A stretch of 64,000 bases of DNA from Caecitellus pseudoparvulus (Eukaryota; Protista; Bigyra: Bicosoecida), in contig CBFFRQ010000031.1 in the NCBI GenBank assembly GCA_965644315.1, positions 124,001-188,000 of the forward strand. Direction: 5' to 3'. Positions 35,201-43,204 of the stretch are shown here, in pieces. The notes under the pieces were generated by a model. It searched no databases and was not told the DNA's origin. It saw only the letters and a list, made by a program, of their open reading frames with translations. Numbering within the stretch: position 1 is the first letter of the stretch; each line of letters starts with the position of its first letter. A program made the position numbers and the translations under genes.

Positions 35201-37020
35201 GCGGCGCCCGCCCCGCCGAAGCCCGTGCGCAGCAGCTTGCCGATGTTGCTCACCGTGTGCAGCAGCAGGGCCGTCTCCAGGCCACCCTCTGCCTGCTGCG
35301 TGCTGAGGCTGCGTGGCCCGTGGCGCTGGTCACCCACCAGGACCTCTTGCAGGGGGTTGGCTGACACCGCCTGCACGACGGCGATGACCTGCTCCAGGGG
35401 CAGCAGCACGAGGTGGTGCAGGTCGTGGCTGAAGGAGTAGGCGCCCACAGCCAGCACAGCCAGCACAAGCAGCGTCAAGCCGATGCTGAGCAGGGCTTGG
35501 GAGCGGCTGGCTTGGCGGGCGTTGAACCAGGTGGCCGTGGTGAAGGACTGCCCCGGTGGCAGCACCGCCCACCGCTGCGTGCCGAAGACGGTGATGTTGG
35601 AGCCTGGTGGCGTGGTGAGGTGCACCTTGAGGATGTCTTGGCTGCGCAGGCCGCTCAGCGTGCTGCTCTGCTCCAGCACGCGGCTGCCGTTCAGGTCGAT
35701 GCGCAGCACCTCCCCGGAGGTGTCCAGGGTCAGGCTGGCCAGGGCGGTGTCCAGGGCCCCCTGCAGGTCCGCCCCGAACACTGCCCGTGCCAGGGCCGCC
35801 TCATGCACCACCTCAGCGCTGTACGCCTGGCTGCCATCCAGCTCCACTGGCGTCAGCAGCGGCACGATGAACAGCATGAGCAGGACGCCGATGATGACGT
35901 GCTGCGTCGTGCGGTCGGACAGCTGCTCCCCCACGCGTGACGTGCCTGTGAAGGTGCGCTGCGTGCTGCGCCGGGGGGCGGTTGTCGGCTCGGGGGGGGC
36001 GCCGCCGCGTCGGCGCAGGGTGGCCGCAGCCTGCGCCATGTCCTGCCCCGGACCTGGCGTCGGCGCCGCGTCTGCCGCCTCCTCTGCCTCCCTGCGCCGT
36101 GCTCGCTGACGCAGGGCCTCCAGGGGGTCGTCACTGTCGGAGTCGTCGGCTCCTCCAGGGCGAGGGGAGGGGCCCCCCTCGGAAGCGCCTCCTCCCCTCA
36201 CCGACACGCTGAAGCGTACGCCGGGTGTGCTGTCTGCCTCGGGCTCGGGAGTGGGCGGCAGCTCCCAGCACAGGCGCCCAGCACAGCGACACCTCCACCG
36301 GCGCCCCGACGCCATGGCTGCTGGCGTGAGGGTGAGGGATTCCCCCCACTCACAGCCTGCCCGTCGGCAAGGCACCTCGCAAGCGGGGTGGGGACGGGCA
36401 CAGCAGGTGTCCCAGGTGCACCCAGCCCACAAGTGGCGGAAGTAGCGGTACACACGAATGATGCGCACCAGGCGCACCACCCGCACAGCCCGGATGAAGC
36501 GCACGGCCCGGGCAGCGGAGCGGGAAGCCCGCCCCGCCCGCGCTGCCGCGCCGTCACCCAGCACGGCTGTGTCCACGCCGTCGGCAGGGACAAAGGCGGG
36601 CACTTCGAAGATGAGGGACACCGTGGCCAAGACGTCCAGCCAGAAGAAGAAGGAGCCCAGGCGCAGCAGGCGCGGCCACCTGGATGCGGTGCAGTTGGCG
36701 CGTGAGCAGTGCGGCAGGAGCAGGTACCCGGGCCGGGCCAGGCTCAGCAACACCACCTCCAGGGCGAAGAGGACAAAGACAAGGGTGGACAGGACAGCAA
36801 AGGTCGCGTCGGCGTCAGGGCCCGTCGCAGCCACCCTCACATCGTCGCCGAACAGCGCGTACACTGCCGCAATGGTCATGACCACGGTCACGCCCATGCT
36901 GTCCAGCCACACGTCCAGCTCACCACGCAGGCGCTGCCACCTGGCTTGCCCAGTCACGCCATGCTGCGCTCGTACTGCGCTGTCTTCTGCGTCCACAGCG
37001 GGCTCTGCAGAGTGCTGCAT
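32245..37020 (-). CDS. Ion-channel (voltage-sensor)/adenylyl cyclase fusion of the ciliate/apicomplexan ACalpha type, with a degenerate catalytic site
   Basis: YALFGDDVR, GSFFFWLDVLATVSL, S4-like RAVRFIRAVRVVRLVRIIRVYR, SRVGEQLSDRTTQHVIIGVLLML, LVLLPLEQV...NPL, LETALL...IGKLLRTGFGGAGA, FVNRLA.ILH.VV..HGG, FGLHLG.ALEG.LGS..KVD and the C-terminal TPR-like unit DW..A...DAPT..LL.YM. Confidence 0.85.
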   Translation of the reverse strand: MQHSAEPAVDAEDSAVRAQHGVTGQARWQRLRGELDVWLDSMGVTVVMTIAAVYALFGDDVRVAATGPDADATFAVLSTLVFVLFALEVVLLSLARPGYLLLPHCSRANCTASRWPRLLRLGSFFFWLDVLATVSLIFEVPAFVPADGVDTAVLGDGAAARAGRASRSAARAVRFIRAVRVVRLVRIIRVYRYFRHLWAGCTWDTCCARPHPACEVPCRRAGCEWGESLTLTPAAMASGRRWRCRCAGRLCWELPPTPEPEADSTPGVRFSVSVRGGGASEGGPSPRPGGADDSDSDDPLEALRQRARRREAEEAADAAPTPGPGQDMAQAAATLRRRGGAPPEPTTAPRRSTQRTFTGTSRVGEQLSDRTTQHVIIGVLLMLFIVPLLTPVELDGSQAYSAEVVHEAALARAVFGADLQGALDTALASLTLDTSGEVLRIDLNGSRVLEQSSTLSGLRSQDILKVHLTTPPGSNITVFGTQRWAVLPPGQSFTTATWFNARQASRSQALLSIGLTLLVLAVLAVGAYSFSHDLHHLVLLPLEQVIAVVQAVSANPLQEVLVGDQRHGPRSLSTQQAEGGLETALLLHTVSNIGKLLRTGFGGAGAAIATHCVNREGELDMSSPAAQVQAIFLHVRIDCLASPVGHIAVPAAMRADGVTPLTYGQCVREEEGGGGRAASALALMRASSTIFVNRLASILHSVVEEHGGAVLRTGEQGFLFAWKLQGEGVPVEALGAPPPPPPSIYRPTPSSQGVEEVLASLGGEVTVVSDEDSDGSFSSEPEEGEEEDGGGHPGHAARTCAERHLLSAPAALFDAFALPPAARRTTQLPVTSLDPALSAAAAGVLNLVTPAISRASRGTAARPRAQPIMHQPSLLSHRRRCADLALLAALRALAEVQVLVQVEAAAAAGKAWAAACVPRALPWRGAAPAASAQEAHEGGGAPGRSGSPPPAVRPANLPPLVGLPPAVLAALGHSRSPHPPLRSSSTEEGEEGGVDAGGPGGDAAPPKRTPRRPRRPRLPSHPSASDGDPDGDGGQRHRRHRSSLVRQLDRQAVSEDEGGEEREQATPPSHVDGAGPRTQAGGGSAPSPAQFMPRVTFGLHLGDALEGVLGSPRKVDSVLLGGGPDIATALPSVGDVLGLPLVMSGQFVAALTPVPRALARRVERVVLLPGGAGTAPPSPLRSTPAFQAMQSKEGARADLLGQPRAGTGHAADDAESSTPPAHALRGGQAVDVYTYDTSVAGLGQWLHEARPVLPHQAQWGAPQDPIVTRTSTRLQEQRPSSRAGSLQGRGRLHSTSSGEEGQAPGPPPSPAPNALSALHAVVAAGRARDPQAAADALAASATQPLRALCSNVYGQAGYTPAVWLQDPVLVYLREGVARSNAGVHAAFGHAMLGGVAGSGATARTPAPNLARPGPTLFFRLLYALGLAYMLGEEDAQAALAHKLGAVVRVWQAVAQEAGEEQHGGAGMPPAVAALHELVRHLARLLAKWRQQDQEGDAERPGRQGARDWARARLALQFALKVSRGLAHMPRSRALAAEDALAFSPWRPVADGAATAVHGDAPTRALLAYMARYNNVPPPRDTLRLRTIELED

Positions 37021-37698
37021 CGTTGTGGGCACGTCTGCGTCAACCTTCTGTGCAGCTCTATTTCCGCAGACCAATCACGCCTGTGCGGGCTTGGCGGATG
37101 GCCAGGGCAGGGCTGGGAGCGGGGCAAGGAAGCCACACTGCCCCCAGGAAAGCTTCAGGCACCCTGCACTTTCGTGTGCAGTGCTGCCTTTCGAGACTTC
37201 ACTGGGCAGGGGCTTGGACGCACGCAAGCCTGGGAATCCCGCAAGTTTGAGCCTGCGCAAGTCCTCGCAGTCCTGCACGGTGCCCAGACGGGGCCTGGCC
37301 GCCTTGCCTGCCACATGAACTCGCCCAGTACAGCGTATGGCACTGTCTTGTATTTAGCGCATCGCGGCCCTTGCAGCACAGGCCCTCTGCCAGCCCGCAG
37401 TCCAGCCCAGAGCGCAGGCAGGCTCTCTCAGCCGTCGCCAGAGTGCGCCGACACGTTGCGCCCCAGCGTTGCACACGCAGAGGCACATCCCCAAACCCGC
37501 ACTCCTTCACTCAGGCAGCTCACAGCCAGTGGTGGCAGAGGGCCTCCGGCGGACACCCCCCCACTCGCAGTTGCTTTGGACCTGCACTTGTGCGCGCCAG
37601 CCAGCCACAGCATTGGCCCAGACACGCCGCAGCACCGCACAGCAGCTGCAGCACGCACGAGGAGCGGCGACAAGGGGCAGCTTTCGACTGTGCACAGC

Positions 37699-40371
37699 AT
37701 GGCCACCATGGCAGTTGCTGCTGACATGGACCTGAACGAGCTCGTCACGTACAGCCTGTCGTTTGACAAGCTTCAAGGAGTCCTGCGTGGCTTGGCTGGC
37801 GCAGTTGCCGCACAGAACGACCGCATCGCTGAGCTGGAGGCTGCCCGTGACGGCAGCGAAGGCAAGTCAGGCGAAGGTGCTGTTGAGGCGCTGGAGGCAC
37901 GCGTGAAGGCTCTCGAGGCGGCGCTGGCCGCCTCCGAGCAGCAGCGCAAGGCGAAGGCCCAGGAAACCGACAAGCGAATCGAGGCGCTGGAGCGGCAGGT
38001 GTCAGAGCAGAGTGGAGCCAACGATGCAATTTCGCAGCTGAAGGACCGCCTGCAGAGTGTGGAGACCGACGTCGCCGAGCTGAAGGCGCAGGGTGGACCT
38101 GGGCAGGGCGCTGAACCCGGCGTCGCAGCGACGGGTGGCTCCGGCGACCTGGCCGCCTTGCAGCGCGTCGTGCAGAGCGTCAAGGGCGACGTGGACGCCC
38201 TGAACCGCCAAGGCCCATGGCGTCCAACGGCAGAGAAGGCAGCAGCCGACGCAGGCGCCTTGAAGGCGCGTGTGGAGGAGCTGGAGGGCAAGGTGGCGGC
38301 GCTGAGCGTGCTGCCAGCAGGCAGCAGTGGGGACGTGGACGCAGGCGTGCTGGAGGCGCTGCGCCGGCACGAGGGGGACATCTCCGTCCTCAACGGCCGC
38401 GTGAGCGACAACGGCAAGGCCCTGGAGGGCCTGCGCGAGGAGGTGGAGGCACTGAAGGCCACTGTGGCGGACGCTGCTGCAGACGCCAGCGCCGCCAAGC
38501 ACGCTGCTGACGCGGCCCACGCGCAAGCTCACACGGCAGTGGAAGACGTGGCAGCGCTGCGCGACGTCGTGAGCAGGTTGCAGATGGGTGGTGGCGGCGG
38601 AGGGGGGGGCGACGACACCTCAGCATTGTGGGCTGCCGTACGGGCAGCGCAGGAGGTGGGGGAGGCTGGCTTGGCAGAGGGCCGGGCCGCCGCCGCCTCC
38701 CACGAGGTGGTGAACGACGAAATGGCGTCCATCCGCGCCACGCTCCGCAGCCTGGCGGAGAGCCTGGCCACCGTTGGCGGCGTGGACCCCGGCGTCGTGC
38801 AGCGCATCCTGAACGAGGCGGAGGAAGCGGCCCGGCCGGCGTCACGGGGCGCGATTTATGATCGTGCAGCTGGACGCGAGGCCCAACACGCCAGGCAAGA
38901 CGCATCTCGGGGCGGCACGCCGGCCTCCTCCACGCGGGGTGAGGGCAAGGAGGGCGAGAGCAAGGACGGCGGGTCCACCCTGGACGACGCCTGGCTGCCA
39001 GGTCAGGGTGTGGCGGCGGGCGGCTTGCCTCAGGGGCACGCGCCAGCCCCAGACGTCGTGCACCCAGTGCCCACACGCCGCCCAGATGCATCGACTGCCG
39101 GGGCAGGCAGCCGACACGGCGGTGGCGGCGGTGGCGCGGCGCCCACGCCAGGACGGGATGGCGTCCTGCCGCCCAGCACAGGGGCAGCCACACTGCCCAC
39201 CATGCAGGCTGCCTCCACTGCCGTGCCGGTGTCTACCAGTGGGAGCAGTGGCACCGCCGCCACGGCACCCCTGCGCCCCAGCAGTGTGCGCCCAGCTGGG
39301 TCTGTGGCGGGGGAGGGAGGCGTGCACTTGGTGCCCAAGGAGTCCGCCGCGCTGGACGTGCTGCCTGAGCTGCACGCCCTGCAGCGCCTGGCCAAGGAGA
39401 TTCAGACGGCTGTGGGCACCAAGGCCAACAGCAGCGAGTTGAGGCAGCTGGCTGCCCAGGTGGAGCGCCTCATGGCCATGCTGGCGGCACAGGGTGGCGG
39501 GCACAGCACGGCGCCCTCGCCAGATGCTCAGAGCGCGGGCAGGGACCTGGCGGGCAAGGTGGCTGCCCTGAGTGAGGCGCAGGAGGACCTGGCGGCGCGC
39601 CTGCTGGCGGCAGAGGCTGCCATCGCCGACCTGCAAGCGGCCCTGAAGAACTGCGTGTCGACGGAGCAGCTGGCAGCAGCGGTGTCTGGCCTGGGCGGCA
39701 CGCCGGCCGCCATGGGCCTGACCTTTGGCGACGGCGTGACTGCGGACCAGTTGGACAGCAAGGCGGACCAGGATGAATTCTTGCGCCTGGCCCGCACCGT
39801 GCACAGGCTGGTGATGACTGTGAAAGGCTTGCGCAGCCAGGGCGGCGACGCCGAGGTGCACGACACGGCGGCACTGGTCACCAAGCAGATCCTGCCTGGG
39901 TACAAGTGCCTGGTGTGTGATGCGCCCCTGGAGACGCTGGCCACCCGCACCACCCTGCCCGCCATCCCCTCCGCCACGCCCAAGCCGCCACCGTCCGCTG
40001 CAGGGCGCGTGTTCGGCACGCCTGCAGGGCGGGGCAGCCGGCGCACGACGGCCAGTGTGCCAGGCAGCAGCTCCACGCGCCTGGGCACGCCAGCTGTGGT
40101 GGGGGACACGCACACCTCCTTCGCGGAGCTGTCCGAGTCAGCGGCTGAGGCAGACCGGCGCCACCCCGCCTTCCCCTACAACACGCCACAGGCCCCCCAC
40201 ATGACGCGGGAGCATGGCAGGTCCCCTGTGGCAGGGGAGGGAGCCGGGGGAGGCGGCGGCAGCACCGGCGCACCTCCTCGCATGGGTGGCGGGGGTGGCA
40301 ACACCTCCACGCTGCTGCCCAACGGCCAGGTGCTCATGCGCGGCAGTACTCCCACCGCCACAACACGCTGA
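37699..40371 (+). CDS. Coiled-coil protein with DUF4795 (QRICH2/C16orf96-like) C-terminal CxxC motif
   Basis: N-terminal LNELVTYSLSFDKLQGVLRGL, long heptad repeats, LDSKADQDEF, and DTAALVTKQILPGYKCLVCDAPL (compare AAxxRxQL...CLSCDRPL). Confidence 0.65.
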   Translation: MATMAVAADMDLNELVTYSLSFDKLQGVLRGLAGAVAAQNDRIAELEAARDGSEGKSGEGAVEALEARVKALEAALAASEQQRKAKAQETDKRIEALERQVSEQSGANDAISQLKDRLQSVETDVAELKAQGGPGQGAEPGVAATGGSGDLAALQRVVQSVKGDVDALNRQGPWRPTAEKAAADAGALKARVEELEGKVAALSVLPAGSSGDVDAGVLEALRRHEGDISVLNGRVSDNGKALEGLREEVEALKATVADAAADASAAKHAADAAHAQAHTAVEDVAALRDVVSRLQMGGGGGGGGDDTSALWAAVRAAQEVGEAGLAEGRAAAASHEVVNDEMASIRATLRSLAESLATVGGVDPGVVQRILNEAEEAARPASRGAIYDRAAGREAQHARQDASRGGTPASSTRGEGKEGESKDGGSTLDDAWLPGQGVAAGGLPQGHAPAPDVVHPVPTRRPDASTAGAGSRHGGGGGGAAPTPGRDGVLPPSTGAATLPTMQAASTAVPVSTSGSSGTAATAPLRPSSVRPAGSVAGEGGVHLVPKESAALDVLPELHALQRLAKEIQTAVGTKANSSELRQLAAQVERLMAMLAAQGGGHSTAPSPDAQSAGRDLAGKVAALSEAQEDLAARLLAAEAAIADLQAALKNCVSTEQLAAAVSGLGGTPAAMGLTFGDGVTADQLDSKADQDEFLRLARTVHRLVMTVKGLRSQGGDAEVHDTAALVTKQILPGYKCLVCDAPLETLATRTTLPAIPSATPKPPPSAAGRVFGTPAGRGSRRTTASVPGSSSTRLGTPAVVGDTHTSFAELSESAAEADRRHPAFPYNTPQAPHMTREHGRSPVAGEGAGGGGGSTGAPPRMGGGGGNTSTLLPNGQVLMRGSTPTATTR

Positions 40372-40380
40372 ATGCACGTG

Positions 40381-40944
40381 TCACCGCGCAGCAGTGGCGG
40401 CAGAGGCTGCCTTCCTTGCGGCAATGGCGGCGTTCGCCTCCGCACGCTCCGCATACCCGAGCTTGGCGTACACTTTGCCTGTGGCAGCCTCCCAGCGCTT
40501 CACGTCGCGCAGGCTGTGGGCCCGTGGCTCGTAGGCTGTGCGCGAAAACTTCTTGTTGTGGGCTGCCAGCTTTGCTGCGAGGTCATCCCCACTCGCGGCG
40601 TCTGCCGGCTTGCTGCGGCGAGGCTGCTCTGCACGAGCACGCCCGGTGCCGCACCGTTCGCGGGGTTTGCCGCTGGAGGAGCCACTGGACGTCCGGTGGG
40701 TTGCACTGGACTTTGCACTTCCACGGGCTCGCTTGGTTGACTGCCCCCCCGCACTGCGCGCAGAGCTGGACGGCGCTGCCGCCGCGCGGTTCACGCGTCG
40801 GGGCGCCTTGGACATGGCAGGTCGAAGGAGGTGGCCGTGGCTGACGCCAAACCACTCATCATGTTCCTGTCCAGCGGTGTCATGGAATGTGCTGTTGTCT
40901 TGAATGCTGTGCAGAGGGGCGTCAAAGTCAAACTCCCCTGCCAT
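40381..40944 (-). CDS. Small basic protein with a TPX2-like Aurora-A-binding N-terminus
   Basis: EFDFDAP...DEWF parallels TPX2 YSYDAP...DSWF. A basic linker leads to a C-terminal helical unit YEPRAHSLRDVKRWEAATGKVYAKL. Confidence 0.6.
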   Translation of the reverse strand: MAGEFDFDAPLHSIQDNSTFHDTAGQEHDEWFGVSHGHLLRPAMSKAPRRVNRAAAAPSSSARSAGGQSTKRARGSAKSSATHRTSSGSSSGKPRERCGTGRARAEQPRRSKPADAASGDDLAAKLAAHNKKFSRTAYEPRAHSLRDVKRWEAATGKVYAKLGYAERAEANAAIAARKAASAATAAR

Positions 40945-41343
40945 GCCTGCGGTAATTGGTTGGCGTTAGGGTGACACAGGCAGCTGGGTTCTGGAGCCCA
41001 GAAGGGTCAATCGGGCGTGCGCAGCGTTAGGAGAAGGAACAGCAACACTATGAAAATGCGTTGCATGAAGTTTGGCTTCGCTGGCTGCCCGCTCCTTCGG
41101 CAGGAGGCATTGACTGTTGCAAGTGACGCGTACCGCGGCCCAGTACACATTTTTGCATCATTCACGCACTTCGAAAATGGCGCTCACGTCGCGACCCGCC
41201 CAAGCAGCCCTGGAGCCCCCCGCCCAGCGCCACTTTTTCATCGCTCGTCACACTCTCACCACTCACGCACGCTCCGTGCTTCAGCTTGCTTGAATCAGCT
41301 GCCTTCCGGCGCATTTGTTCAGCACCTCCTCAATTTCCGCATC

Positions 41344-42553
41344 ATGGCATCTCTTGCAGGGTGAGTTGTTCTAGACGCAGCCTTGGGCCTGCTGCACGTG
41401 TGCGGCTCAGAGCTATGCCCGGCACGGCGTAAGCATGCCTGCGTTGTCCATGTGCTGCTACTCGGCAGCTGTGCGCCAGCGGTGGAGGGCGGGGGTTCCG
41501 CCTGTGCCAGAGCGGGGTTTTGGTAGCGCTGCAGCTTGCACGCTCCCTGCGCCAGAGTGCCATTGCTGCAGCTGTATATTCGGCTGATCTTGTGCTCTGT
41601 CCCTGTGCTTTTGGCGTGTGCCGGCGGCGCCATGTTTGAAGAAACACACTCCCCACGCCGACTGGCCTGCACCACGCCGCTGCCCGCCCCCGCTTTGCAG
41701 CCGCGAGGATGACGTCGCCAAGCTGTTGGCTGCCAACGCCCACCTGGGCACCAAGAACCTGGACCCCGGCATGACCGACTACGTCTGGCGCCGCCGCCTG
41801 GATGGCGTGCAGATCCTGAACGTGGCGTCCACCCTGGACAAGCTGCGCCTGGCTGCCCGCATCATCGCCGCCGTGGAGGACCCCGCTGATGTCTGCGTCG
41901 TGTCCGCACGCCCCCACGCCCAGCGTGCCGTGCTGAAGTTCGCCAAGTACACCGGTGCCCAGAGCATTGAGGGCCGCTTCACCGCTGGTACCTTCACGAA
42001 CCAGATCACCAAGCAGTTCAAGGAGCCCCGCCTGCTGATCGTGACCGACCCCCGCACGGACTTCCAGCCCGTGAAGGAGGCCTCTTACGTGAACATCCCC
42101 GTCGTGGCCTTCTGCGACTCCGACTCCCCCCTGAACCACGTCGACTGCGCCATCCCAGGCAACAACAAGGGCAAGCTGTCCATCGGCCTGCTGTACTGGC
42201 TGCTGGCCCGCGAGGTCCTGCGCATCCGCGGCACCATCGCCCCCACCGACCCTTGGGATGTCCCCGTGGACCTCTTCTTCTTCAAGGATGCTGAGGATGT
42301 CAAGGCCATGGAGGAGGAGCAGAAGGCCGAGGCTGAGGCCGCCGCCGAGGGCTGGGACGCCACCGCCGACCAGGGTGCCGTCGCTGCCGAGTACTCCGCC
42401 GCCCCCGCCACCTTCGCTGCCCCTGATGCCAGCGCTGCTGCCTTCGCTGCCCCCACCGGCGACTCCTGGGATGCCACCGCCCCTGAGGGTGCCCCCGCTG
42501 AGGGCCAGTGGAGCGCCGCCCCTGAGGGTGACGCCACCTGGACCGGCCAGTAA
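41344..42553 (+). CDS. RPSA: 40S ribosomal protein SA (uS2); intron 41361-41700
   Basis: [74 protein letters not shown] and DLFFF. Codon bias is strong. Confidence 0.98.
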
Positions 42554-43204
42554 ATGCTGCGTGCCGCGGCATCCCCGCTACCCCCTTGACACTTGACTTT
42601 CTGACACTCCCTCCGCCCCTGTGCGATGATTTGACTTGGCAGGCGCTCGCCCTCGCAGCCCGCACGCCTCGCAGCCCCCCTCGCCCCACCCAGTTGGCAC
42701 GGTTGGTTGATCTGCGGGTGCAGGAGTGCACGGCCTCCCCCCCTCCCCCACTGCCACACCACCCAGTGGGGAGGCCCGTGCACCCTGTGCTTCAGCCCGT
42801 GCACACCTGACCTGCCAGCTCCCCCCGACTGCCCTAGACGACCACCACCTTCGCGTTTCGTCAGTGCAGCGCAGCAGCACGACACGACGTGGGATCGCGT
42901 GGAGGATGGAGAGCGCCGGACGATCGGTGCAGGAGAGCAACAAACCAAACCAGTGCTGCTCGCTTCACGATTGAAGCGGGTGGTGACGCTAGCGATGTCC
43001 GGGGCGGGGGCCACGGCTGGCGCATGTGGTATGCGCCTGCTCAATCCCCCCCTGGTGCCTGCGTCGTGTGGTGTCTGCGAGGAACAGCCCTGCCTCGTCA
43101 AGAGTGCAGGGGCGGAAGGAAGGAAAGAAGAAGAGTGTCTTGGGGCTGGCCTGCCCCGTGGAGGATTCGGCAATGCATTGAGCGATGCATGGGGAGCGTC
43201 TGCA

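Noticed and set aside
36709-37698. 330-codon 5' extension of the coiled-coil ORF overlapping the cyclase gene
   Set aside because: It starts at a non-ATG codon with non-coding-like composition. ATG 37699 fits the family N-terminus.
42554-43204. SECIS element or selenocysteine readthrough for the Cys-rich PNP fusion
   Set aside because: No in-frame TGA interrupts a conserved domain and no convincing SECIS core was found. The TGA after the basic tail is followed closely by the putative 3'-end motif.
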